Virus record (IMG/VR): IMGVR_UViG_3300005253_000563
Span: 1-56,414 of that record
DNA length: 56,414 nt
Source: a virus
Lineage: Duplodnaviria; Caudoviricetes
Reading direction: 5' to 3' (one strand)
The notes under the pieces are model-generated. The model saw nothing but the letters and a program-made list of their open reading frames with translations. It was not told where the DNA came from and searched no databases. Shown piece by piece: positions 9,560 through 17,884 of this stretch. The position numbers were made by a program, and so were the translations under genes. Position 1 is the first letter of the stretch, and each line of letters begins with the position of its first letter.

Positions 9560-9859
9560 CTATAACGAAGCTTTGCCCTGTACAGTAGGACGATCCTTAG
9601 GGGAAAGTAGTTCTATCCAACTATCAGGCACCAACCGGAACAATACACGTTTATCGTCCGTGTATTTACCCATAACAAGACGATCTGGCGCGTAACCTTG
9701 CTTTAAAGTCTTATAGACGACATCGCTCAGTTCCTTTTCAGTGCCTGCACGACGTACATGCTGCACCAAAACGCCAGGGTTGTCAGGAGGCCATGCCTGT
9801 GTCATGTGAGTGCCGACAGGCTCACGGAATATAGCTAGCCATTTTGTTCCAGGTCTCAA
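9560..9859 (-). CDS. Hypothetical protein
   Basis: 99 aa, TTG start after AGGGGG. Confidence 0.55.
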   Translation of the reverse strand: MRPGTKWLAIFREPVGTHMTQAWPPDNPGVLVQHVRRAGTEKELSDVVYKTLKQGYAPDRLVMGKYTDDKRVLFRLVPDSWIELLSPKDRPTVQGKASL

Positions 9860-9883
9860 GACTGTACCCCCTATTAGCTTTAG

Positions 9884-9963
9884 TGGAGCTGGGGGGTAAC
9901 GATCCCCCGTCCTGCTAGTGCCATCTATACGGTTCTGCTAACAGTCGAACCCTTCGCAGCCCC
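9884..9963 (-). ncRNA. ssrA: Minimal tmRNA (tRNA-like domain only)
   Basis: GGGGCTG-CGAAGGGTTCGAC-TGTTAG-[19 nt]-CTAGCA-GGAC-GGGGG-ATCGTTA-CCCCC-CAGCTCC-A: Ala acceptor stem with G3.U70, stemless D-loop ending TTCGAC, helix 2a, GGAC, T arm. Confidence 0.85.
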
Positions 9964-10263
9964 TAGATATCTTAACACATCATGAGCGTGGGCCACAAGG
10001 GCGACCAACCCGTCTATTACCTGTTGCTCTGGGACACCAAAGAACTTTGCTACTCGGGGGATACCTGCCTCCACCGAAAGATATATCTGCTCCATCACTG
10101 AGACAGAAGCCATACTCCCCTTGAGTCGAGATTTTATAACCGGAACCTTCTCCTTCTCAGGCTGCTCCTTAGGCACTGTCTCTGGCTGTGGCTCAGGTAG
10201 TGTCTTAGGATGAATCCTTGGCTTAGCAGTTTCGACCACGAGGGGCTTCCCTATCTTTCCCAA
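9925..10263 (-). CDS. Hypothetical protein with Pro/Glu-rich N-terminus
   Basis: TTG start after GGAGGAG; 3' end overlaps the mini-tmRNA. Confidence 0.55.
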   Translation of the reverse strand: MGKIGKPLVVETAKPRIHPKTLPEPQPETVPKEQPEKEKVPVIKSRLKGSMASVSVMEQIYLSVEAGIPRVAKFFGVPEQQVIDGLVALVAHAHDVLRYLGAAKGSTVSRTV

Positions 10264-10265
10264 GG

Positions 10266-10496
10266 TTACTCCTCCTCCACAACAAAAGCAAGAGGCACCC
10301 CATCACCCCCGTAATCTCCCGATGCGCCGAGATGAGAATGACAACAAACCGTTTTTTGTGCATGCTCTTCCAACAAAGCGGCGATCAGACGTAGGATAGC
10401 GTTTTTAGTCTGCCCCTTCTGAAGCGTCCAAGACTTGTCACCCTTAGCTTGGGCTTCCCATTCTTTCAATTCTTTGTCAGTCGGATACTTCAGCAT
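10266..10496 (-). CDS. Hypothetical protein
   Basis: 76 aa, in operon. Confidence 0.55.
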   Translation of the reverse strand: MLKYPTDKELKEWEAQAKGDKSWTLQKGQTKNAILRLIAALLEEHAQKTVCCHSHLGASGDYGGDGVPLAFVVEEE

Positions 10497-11229
10497 CTAG
10501 TGCATCCCCCCAAGCTTCATCTTTCTCATGCTGCTCATATCCCGCGCCAAACCACTCACGCATCATGATTTCGTCGATCTCAATGGGCTTCCTCCAGCCA
10601 TTAACCTCTAGGCAAACCGGACAGCCCTTCAAGTCTCTTCTATCTAGGATAGGTACTCCTAGGGAGGCGGATACTTCTTCAAGCACCTCCATGTATGGAA
10701 GAGCTTCCCCTGGCAACATAAACGGGTAAGCAACACCAAAACCATATCTTAAATTGCCTGCTGGAGTAGAGTAGGCCACATCAGCGTTTTGATCCTGTGC
10801 TTTTACTGTGTCAATAACAGGCACAAACACCTGTATATTAGCTTCTTTGGGTGCAAGGAAATAGTCAACAGAGTATTGAGTTGTACGACCACCATCCTGA
10901 TGTAGTATGGTGCGCTCTAGGCAGGTAACATGCGCCTGCGCATTGGTAGGAGCCTGAGGGGCATCCTCAAGCCGTCTGAAGAAATAGGCCCCGCAGGAAC
11001 AATCCCAATCTGGAGACGGCCCTTCATGGGCTTTCTTCCCGTAATTCTCCTCTAGACGCTTTTGTGCTGTTTCCGTCAACCACAGAGCATGGGAGATACC
11101 TTCACATTCTGCCGCCTTCTGCACTCTGTTATGCAAGTGCTGGCCCGCAGACCCTCTTAGAACAATTTCTTTTGTTCTACTACAACGAGAAAAATTCCAG
11201 ACTCTAAACCCGTGGATGTAACTAGACAC
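10477..11229 (-). CDS. Hypothetical protein with GFRVW...H..P...CSCG.Y metal-binding motif
   Basis: 250 aa, AGGAG RBS; motif pattern recalled from conserved hypothetical proteins. Confidence 0.65.
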   Translation of the reverse strand: MSSYIHGFRVWNFSRCSRTKEIVLRGSAGQHLHNRVQKAAECEGISHALWLTETAQKRLEENYGKKAHEGPSPDWDCSCGAYFFRRLEDAPQAPTNAQAHVTCLERTILHQDGGRTTQYSVDYFLAPKEANIQVFVPVIDTVKAQDQNADVAYSTPAGNLRYGFGVAYPFMLPGEALPYMEVLEEVSASLGVPILDRRDLKGCPVCLEVNGWRKPIEIDEIMMREWFGAGYEQHEKDEAWGDALDAEVSD

Positions 11230-11230
11230 T

Positions 11231-11431
11231 TTACTCTCCTACTGCCCGAAAAGTTTCTACAGGCAGAGCACATCTCCCTTCATCACACTTCAACTCCAGC
11301 CCTCCTAGATGATCATCAAATTGGGTATGTATCCAACCATCGCCATGTTCACAAGGAGTTGGAGGAGTCACACACGCAGGGCAATTAGGATTTCCCCGCT
11401 CGTGGAAGTCAAACCAATCTAGCTTCTTCAT
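11231..11431 (-). CDS. Small Cys/His-rich protein
   Basis: AGGAGG RBS, CPAC...CEH...H...C...C; directly after promoter. Confidence 0.7.
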   Translation of the reverse strand: MKKLDWFDFHERGNPNCPACVTPPTPCEHGDGWIHTQFDDHLGGLELKCDEGRCALPVETFRAVGE

Positions 11432-11448
11432 CTTGTCCTCCTACCCCC

Positions 11449-11477
11449 AGTATACGGAGTAGAAGAAAGGAAGTCAA
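11449..11477 (-). promoter_or_regulatory. sigma70-type promoter
   Basis: TTGACT-N17-TATACT; would drive the operon containing the mini-tmRNA. Confidence 0.75.
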
Positions 11478-11630
11478 GTAGCCCCTAGCGCCCGCTCCAG
11501 TTCCTTCAATCCAACCTTTATGGACTCGATACTTCCAGTAGGATTCGTCTGTAGTTGCAACCAAGACGGTAAAAGAAATACCGCCAACTCTTTCTTGGTG
11601 GCTTTCTTGGAGGGAACAATAGGCATTTAC

Positions 11631-11960
11631 TTAGTCACCGCTCCAGAGAATACCACGCACACGGGGGGTCTGTCCCGTCGTCACGTTGATAAACGAGATA
11701 TTAGTGCTAACTTCTAGGTCATGCTCATCATACGCGTCACCCTCTTCAAGAAAGAGGTCTGAAGTAGTCGCTGTGGCATCGAAGGCAATGGCGACTTCGC
11801 CTGGGCCTTCGTTGACGAGGGACACCGCACGCCCCTTCTTCAGTGCAGGTACCGAAACCAAATCCTCCGCAGTCGCCGTAACGGCCAGCGTCACGTCGAA
11901 TGGAGTAGAGGTATCAGCGGATGGGAAGTCCTTCTTGGCGACCTTTGGGTTGATAGGCAT
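11631..11960 (-). CDS. Small beta-rich protein, possible virion component
   Basis: 109 aa, AAGGAG RBS. Confidence 0.6.
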   Translation of the reverse strand: MPINPKVAKKDFPSADTSTPFDVTLAVTATAEDLVSVPALKKGRAVSLVNEGPGEVAIAFDATATTSDLFLEEGDAYDEHDLEVSTNISFINVTTGQTPRVRGILWSGD

Positions 11961-11992
11961 AATTCAAACTCCTTCTAACTATATCATAGCGT

Positions 11993-12164
11993 AAAACAAC
12001 AGCGGGAGGGGGTGTCAGCCTCCCTCCCACGTTAGCCTAGGGTTGCCTCTCGACCACTCCTAGGGTAGCGTGCGCGACCCGCTTACTCTCCACGTTCCCA
12101 CCAATCTATCGCACGGCAGTTCGTGGCTGTGATACCGTGCCCACTCCACTCAGCGGGCCGCGCC
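11993..12164 (-). ncRNA. Putative structured small RNA (~170 nt)
   Basis: Consensus promoter directly upstream, 12-bp closing stem and 8-bp inner stem with G.U pairs on this strand, CCTAGG stem, terminal hairpin plus TGTTGTTTT; no ORF. Confidence 0.7.
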
Positions 12165-12169
12165 TATGT

Positions 12170-12210
12170 ATTATAACCTCCTTGCCAAAGAGAAGTCAAG
12201 GGGGTATACT
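12170..12210. promoter_or_regulatory. Overlapping divergent sigma70 promoters
   Basis: Minus: TTGACT-N18-TATAAT (12199-12170); plus: TTGCCA-N17-TATACT (12182-12210); marks the strand switch of the genome. Confidence 0.8.
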
Positions 12211-12233
12211 AAGAGGAGAAGGAGAGGTGTGTC

Positions 12234-12425
12234 GTGCCCGCTACCCAAACATTCAAATGCTCGGTATGTGACCATATCTTCGAGACGCAGGAACCTGCTG
12301 GCAGTACTCCCCCTAGATATATCCTCTGTTCAAAATGTGGAGGTAGATCATATTGGCAACCACCCACAGGAACCAGTTTCATCATAAAGGATGGTGGAAC
12401 TGGTGCTCAGAAAGGAAGTAGATGA
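12234..12425 (+). CDS. FmdB-like zinc-ribbon protein
   Basis: MP...FKCSVCDHIFE...CSKCGG...SFIIKDGG. Confidence 0.75.
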   Translation: MPATQTFKCSVCDHIFETQEPAGSTPPRYILCSKCGGRSYWQPPTGTSFIIKDGGTGAQKGSR

Positions 12426-12727
12426 TTGACCTAATACTCACCATTGCGATAGCCATTATCACTGTTGCGTTGATTCCAACGGTTATCAACCAGTTTCGAG
12501 CAAAGGCATCCACAGTACCCCTAACCACTTCAATACCCTCTGTAATCGCTCTTGTACTGATTCTAGGCGCCTACATCAGCCAAGAGTGGTGGCTCTCAGC
12601 AGGAATCATTGTTTTCAACTGGTTACTCTGGGTAATTCTGATGTGTCAACGATGGGCGTATAGGCCTAAGCCATTACCCACTGACCTCTGGGATAACGAG
12701 GAGGACGCTGTATACGACGACCTCTAG
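12422..12727 (+). CDS. 3-TM membrane protein, PQ-loop/SemiSWEET-like
   Basis: Three hydrophobic segments; ALIPTV...RAKAS at the PQ-loop position. Confidence 0.5.
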   Translation: MIDLILTIAIAIITVALIPTVINQFRAKASTVPLTTSIPSVIALVLILGAYISQEWWLSAGIIVFNWLLWVILMCQRWAYRPKPLPTDLWDNEEDAVYDDL

Positions 12728-12728
12728 C

Positions 12729-12757
12729 TTGACAGCCACCGATTCTTTCCCTATACT
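12729..12757 (+). promoter_or_regulatory. sigma70-type promoter
   Basis: TTGACA-N17-TATACT. Confidence 0.75.
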
Positions 12758-12809
12758 ACATATAGGCCCGGAGCCAATGAGCCCGAGAGCTAATTGAAAG
12801 GAAAAAGAT

Positions 12810-13232
12810 ATGGTAACACCGATAAAAGAAATGAGACCAAAGCACCTTTTGTGCCGAATTGTCTCCATACGCCGTACTACAGATAACCGTCCAGAGCCCC
12901 AAGAACCTACCCCCCAAACATGGGAGGTTCGTGCAGTAACAGAGGGAGGAGTAGGAGACGGACCAACTTCCATTTTCTATACCGAAAGCGATCCACGTAA
13001 CCTTCCCCCTCTGGAGTCTCTCATTCATATTACTATCGATAATAAGCTCACCTGCGACACACTATCAGACACGGTTCCTGAGGTGACAGACTCCAAGAGG
13101 ATACCCCTACCAGACACTATAAGTTATCGGTTTCGGGAACAGGCAGACGCAGACTTTGGTGCCGGTACGGTGAAAAGCCAAGAAGAGTACCAACGCTTTG
13201 ACGCCAAATGGCAGGAAGAACACCAGGAATAA
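12810..13232 (+). CDS. Hypothetical protein
   Basis: 140 aa after promoter, AAGGA RBS. Confidence 0.6.
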   Translation: MVTPIKEMRPKHLLCRIVSIRRTTDNRPEPQEPTPQTWEVRAVTEGGVGDGPTSIFYTESDPRNLPPLESLIHITIDNKLTCDTLSDTVPEVTDSKRIPLPDTISYRFREQADADFGAGTVKSQEEYQRFDAKWQEEHQE

Positions 13233-13268
13233 CCAATAGAGGCCCTGGCTCCGGGCCAATTACAGGAG

Positions 13269-13868
13269 GTGAGACAGATGAAGCCAACCAGAGTAGAAGT
13301 ATACCCCAGTGAACAGAAGCCTGACACTATAATTAGTCCCTTGACTTTTGAAGTGGATAGAAGCAACGGCACAGTGAACATCGTAGGGTACCCCGTAGGG
13401 TACACTCGCCTGACGGAACAGGTCTGGGATGATCTAGTTCAGAAAGTCAACGAGGCGTTTGTAGAGGAGCCCAAGATAGAACTAGAGACAGACTCCCTTT
13501 TTAACACCTATCACGCCCCAGAGGAGATGGTAGACGCCCTAAAAGACTTGCCTGTCCAAGAGCTACGGACACAAGTAGAACCAGCCGATACCCGAGACAG
13601 GTGTTGGGAGTGTGGGCGGATCGAGGAAGATACGTGCAGCAACTGCGACCAGTATCCCAGTGAAGGACACGACAGTAACTGCATGGCACAGGCCCTCACA
13701 GAACTACCAACAGAAACTTATAAGACGCACTACTGTAAAGGGTGTCAGTCCTATCTTGAAGGTATTCACTTCCCCCACTGCCCGTTGTATAACCGCCAAC
13801 TATGTTCCAATTGCGGTCTCAACCCTATCGAGGGACACGACAGTAACTGCATGGCGGGGCCACCCTAA
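13269..13868 (+). CDS. Cys/His-rich protein with repeated CxxC...H...C modules
   Basis: CSNC...P.EGHDSNCMA twice, plus CKGC...H...C; AGGAGG RBS. Confidence 0.7.
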   Translation: MRQMKPTRVEVYPSEQKPDTIISPLTFEVDRSNGTVNIVGYPVGYTRLTEQVWDDLVQKVNEAFVEEPKIELETDSLFNTYHAPEEMVDALKDLPVQELRTQVEPADTRDRCWECGRIEEDTCSNCDQYPSEGHDSNCMAQALTELPTETYKTHYCKGCQSYLEGIHFPHCPLYNRQLCSNCGLNPIEGHDSNCMAGPP

Positions 13869-14187
13869 GTTAAGAAAACACCCTTCCGGCGAAATAAGAG
13901 TGGCGGCTCGTCAATCTTATTTCAGTTTGTAAAGATAGAGGTGGTTTTCTAGGAAATCACTAGAAAAAGGGCCTTCCAATACAACTTTTTTTTTCAAATT
14001 TACTCTCGGTAATCATGGGGTCTAACCACCACATCACACCACACCCAAAACAACGTCACCGTCCGCAAATACAACACACCACAATATAACATCCCGTAAC
14101 CGTACCAACACTAGCCAGCCTATACCAACTCTTGCATACATACATAGCAGCTTAAGCACGGGCCATCACCGCGACCCATGTGCAATC

Positions 14188-14273
14188 TGCATCAATCGAG
14201 GGGCAACAGTGCATCAGCTGGGCCAGTATACCATGGTTAGTATGCATCAACTGACTGATACCTTACTGCATCA
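14188..14273 (+). repeat. Four TGCATCA direct repeats
   Basis: At 14188, 14210, 14243, 14267 in non-coding DNA upstream of the first early promoter. Confidence 0.7.
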
Positions 14274-14329
14274 GGCCACACATCCTCCGCACTTCCCCAA
14301 GATCGATAGATATACCCACATTTAGCCCC

Positions 14330-14376
14330 TTGACGGCCCTTCAGACCTATGCTACGCTGCCGATACTGAGAGTGAA
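14330..14376 (+). promoter_or_regulatory. Early promoter: sigma70 box overlapped by conserved CCCTTCAGA-N15-CGATA box
   Basis: TTGACG-N17-TACGCT with TGn extension; box repeated at 15620 and 17856. Confidence 0.7.
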
Positions 14377-15201
14377 AGGGCCGTTAGGATGGCCCACGGA
14401 CCTTGTAAACAACCGAATAGCTACCAGACAGCAGGATAGGAGCAACACATGTGCAACTGTTACGTAAGCACTCTGACCGAAGAACAGCGATTACACCTCA
14501 GATCAGGCTCTCACGCCGACTCATGCCCGGTCTATCACGAGTCACTGGACCCAGTAGACCGCCTACATGACCTTGAGGCGAGATTTCACCTTGCAGGTAT
14601 TGGATACTGCCCGTACTGCCACTAGAAGGAGGAATTGAGAGAATGATCAACTGTAAAGGATGCAACGAGCGACATATCAAGGAAAACATGTACTACTATG
14701 GTGCACCCCCCAACCCAGGATGGTACTGCATACTATGCAGTTATGGAATTGCGCGCCGACTGAAACGACTCGCCGCCGAACATCTGGACACCTAGACACC
14801 CGCATCACACGCCCAACTGTAGCCTTACCCCCCTATAGGGGGGTAAGGTGGGAAGTGAGAGGGAATGATCATGTATCAATGCCATATTGAGGGGTGCGAG
14901 CGGGAAGCCTCAATCACTCAGGTAGTGGAGTCACCCAAGATCGTAAGCATATCGGTCCAGCTATGCAGTAAGTGCTACTTTGACTGGCAGCATGCTCCGT
15001 TGAAAATGCGTCAAAGGGTCGATTTCAGGCGGTACGAGGTAGGATGACACCATTTGGGGGTGTAAACGCTCAGAATCGCACGAGGTGACGTCTGGTGGGG
15101 CGCTGGGTGGGTAGCGATGCGAGCGGTGAGCGGGTAGTCAGACTCGCCAACTACCAACTAATACTGAATGTAACGTATCATACATAGAAAGGAGCCGGAC
15201 A

Positions 15202-15390
15202 ATGGCTAACTACCACAAGAAGGACGAAATGTCAGAGGCCAACGCCAAGCTAATTGCCCAAGCGCCGGACATGCATCACCTACTCACCACCATCCTCAAG
15301 CGGCTCGACCTAGAGGCCAAGGAACGCGATGTGTTTCCTTGTGCTGCCCTACGTAACGCCATCCGTCGGACTCTTGCTGCTACACAATAA
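15202..15390 (+). CDS. Small early protein (ANAKLIAQAP family)
   Basis: AAGGAG RBS; motif shared with 15853..16164. Confidence 0.7.
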   Translation: MANYHKKDEMSEANAKLIAQAPDMHHLLTTILKRLDLEAKERDVFPCAALRNAIRRTLAATQ

Positions 15391-15552
15391 GAAAAGCCGC
15401 AAGGGTCGTAGCATAAGTGCCCGTTTACCCTTGCGGCGATTGGGGTGGCCCGACTAATATGCCGGACATAATCACCCCTCCCCTAGCGGCTAGCAGGGCT
15501 TAGGGGGATGACCTACCGGACAACGACCCGCAACGGCTGCTTTGGTAGACCC
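15389..15552 (-). ncRNA. Putative small RNA or small-peptide mRNA antisense to the early region
   Basis: TTGACA-N17-TAGAGT promoter at 15587-15559, consecutive hairpins, 11-bp terminator stem plus TTTTCTT. Confidence 0.6.
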
Positions 15553-15619
15553 ACACTTACTCTACCAGACACATAATCTCATGTCAAGCAGCAATCTCGC
15601 CAGATTTGCCTAGGTATTA

Positions 15620-15659
15620 CCCTTCAGAGTGTGATAAGATGGTCGATACTGAGAGTGAA
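15620..15659 (+). promoter_or_regulatory. Second CCCTTCAGA-N15-CGATACTGAGAGTGAA box
   Basis: Identical half-sites and spacing to 14337-14376; followed by AGGAGG RBS. Confidence 0.7.
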
Positions 15660-15852
15660 CAGGAGGTACATAGAGAATGAAAGACATCACCTACGTTACA
15701 CTAGGAATCACGATTAAGAACGGCACAATCGCCATATGTACCAAATGCGGAGCGAAAGCGGCAGAGACACAACCTAACCTTGTTTGGTTGTGTCCCCCCT
15801 GCGGCAAGGATCCCGTATACTGTATCTGCAAGGATTAGCAAGGAGAGACACG

Positions 15853-16164
15853 ATGGCAGAGACAAAGCACACACCAGGACCGTGGCGAATAGAGGATCGC
15901 TACATACTCGGCGCGCGGTACGTTGGCAGGGTAGACGATTGGAGTGGATCGGTGAACGGCGCCTATGACAAGGAAAACGCCGCACTTAAGGCTGAGTCAG
16001 AGGCCAACGCCAAGCTCATCGCGCAGGCCCCAGCACTCTTGACCTCCCTGGCAGACATCTGTTGCGGTCACTGCTTCGACCAGATCGGCTTGCCGCCAAG
16101 TCACGACACGGACTGTAGGTTCTGCCGACCCGCACGAGACGCTATCGCGGCAGCCGCCACCTAG
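15853..16164 (+). CDS. Early protein (KHTPGPW...ANAKLIAQAP family)
   Basis: ATG at 15853 after AAGGAG; motif common in phage early proteins. Confidence 0.7.
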   Translation: MAETKHTPGPWRIEDRYILGARYVGRVDDWSGSVNGAYDKENAALKAESEANAKLIAQAPALLTSLADICCGHCFDQIGLPPSHDTDCRFCRPARDAIAAAAT

Positions 16165-16322
16165 CCCCTACCGCTAGCAAGGAGAGACAGCGATGAAGAC
16201 CTGCGACTACACCATAACCAACAAGTATGGAGTGTTCCATTGCATCAGGAAAGGCGATGCAAGGGGATTCCATGGCGGCTGTCACAAGTGGGAGCAACGT
16301 GCGTTAGTGAAGGGATAGGATC

Positions 16323-17276
16323 ATGAAAGGTATTCGATTCTACGAAGAGTACGACAGTCCACGGGATAAGCGGTACCGTCAAGGTGACGGCAACGTATTC
16401 GCCCTGTCCACCGATACGCCCGCATTCCTAGGCGGTCAAGGGGAATGGTGTACGGAAGGCTTGGGTGCCCTGTTCCATGAGCCTAACAGCGTCGTATGTA
16501 GTTTCGTTTATGCTGTGGAGCGATTGCGTACACACTGCCGCCACATCAGTGAGCAACGAGCGCGGGAGATTCACCCTGCGTTGTTTGAGCGGCTAGATAC
16601 GGAGGATTGAGGTTATGTATGAGATATACCTACATAAGCCAGGATGCTACGTTGACAATACACATGGCATCTACATGGTAGACCGAATCGTCGAGATCGC
16701 CGAATCATGGGGTATGTCTGAGCCTGAAGTATGCGGGGAAGACTCTGGATGCGCGCGTTGTGAAGGTGGGGACCATGAAGCAGGGGACGGCTCTTACACA
16801 GAATGGTCGTTTTGTATGTCCAGCCAAGAGGTCATTGACGAAGCTACAGAGTACATGAACGCTAACTTCGGTCTCGATGACTGCTACTGGGGCTTCTCTA
16901 GTCAAGGTGATTGGGGTCTATGGCCCTGTGACGAAGGATAGGAAGGATTGATACAGTGACAAGAGCGATTGATCGGGAAGAGTTCGCGCATCTCATGGGT
17001 AAGGAAGCCCCAAGGATGTCATTCCATGAGGTAAGGCATCTTATGATGCTAGCGAGGAAGCTCCAACGGTTAGCCGAGGAAGACTGTAACCGAGGTCTGA
17101 CAGACAAAGAACATACCTTATGGGATCGTGCCACGGCTCATATCACAGGAATGTGTGTACTTGCCGACTGTGCTGCGCTCATTGGTGGCGACCCTAGAGG
17201 GGCTATCGTCAAGATCGTGGTGCCTAGTGGCCGTACAAATGACTGGGGCCAAGAAGGCATCTGTGTACCCGCCTAG
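16323..17276 (+). other. Three small early hypothetical genes (16323-16610, 16615-16941, 16956-17276)
   Basis: Closely packed ORFs, each with RBS. Confidence 0.65.
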
Positions 17277-17363
17277 CAGCCCCCACGCTCTGCACTACCC
17301 GGCGGGGTAGGCGCAGGGCGCGAGTGCTGGTAGAGGACCAGTCAAGAGTAGATAGGAGATACA

Positions 17364-17733
17364 ATGTCACGAGTACGACCCATTGCTACCGCACAGGACA
17401 TCGTAGATGTAGTGCAAGACGGGATCGCCGCTATAGCGGACGGGAAATACAGACAGTTCGCAGTCGAAGAGCTTGAGTCTATCCTAGAGTTCTTTGGGGC
17501 AGACTATGAGGCAAGAGAGATTGAAGAGGATTAACACGATGATAACAAAGACAGCAACCGCAGACCTTGTGAAGGTCAACCCAATCGAGACTACTACAGA
17601 CATCTACGACGTGGTGGCTCACGCGATCCACAAGGTTGAGGAATTGGAAGACATCGCTGCAACGTTACGTAAGGACAGTACGTTAGTGCTTGCGGAGTTG
17701 GAGTCTGTACTCCAATTCCTAGACCCTCAGTAG
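17364..17733 (+). other. Tandem paralogous small genes (17364-17534 and 17539-17733)
   Basis: VRPIATAQDIVDVV...ELESILEF vs VNPIETTTDIYDVV...ELESVLQF; first is below the ORF-track cutoff. Confidence 0.6.
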
Positions 17734-17855
17734 CCTAACGACTCTGACACCTGGCCGGTTACGACTGGGCTAGGTGCTAGGGCCGATGGGAAGCCCACAA
17801 GGGAAGGGCCGAACAGGCCGGGATTAGTGTACTTGTTTGATACCGGCCCTTCCCC

Positions 17856-17884
17856 CCCTTCAGAATCTAAGCGACGTGTCGATA
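17856..17884 (+). promoter_or_regulatory. Third CCCTTCAGA-N15-CGATA box
   Basis: Same spacing, upstream of GAGGAGAGG RBS. Confidence 0.6.

Noticed and set aside
9881-9912. ssrA 3' end as an attP core
   Set aside because: Both 5' and 3' halves of the tRNA-like domain are present and paired, and no integrase is in the window; an attP normally carries only one end
9884-9963. Ordinary tRNA-Ala
   Set aside because: No D stem and no 7-nt anticodon loop; the TTCGAC and GGAC linkers are tmRNA features
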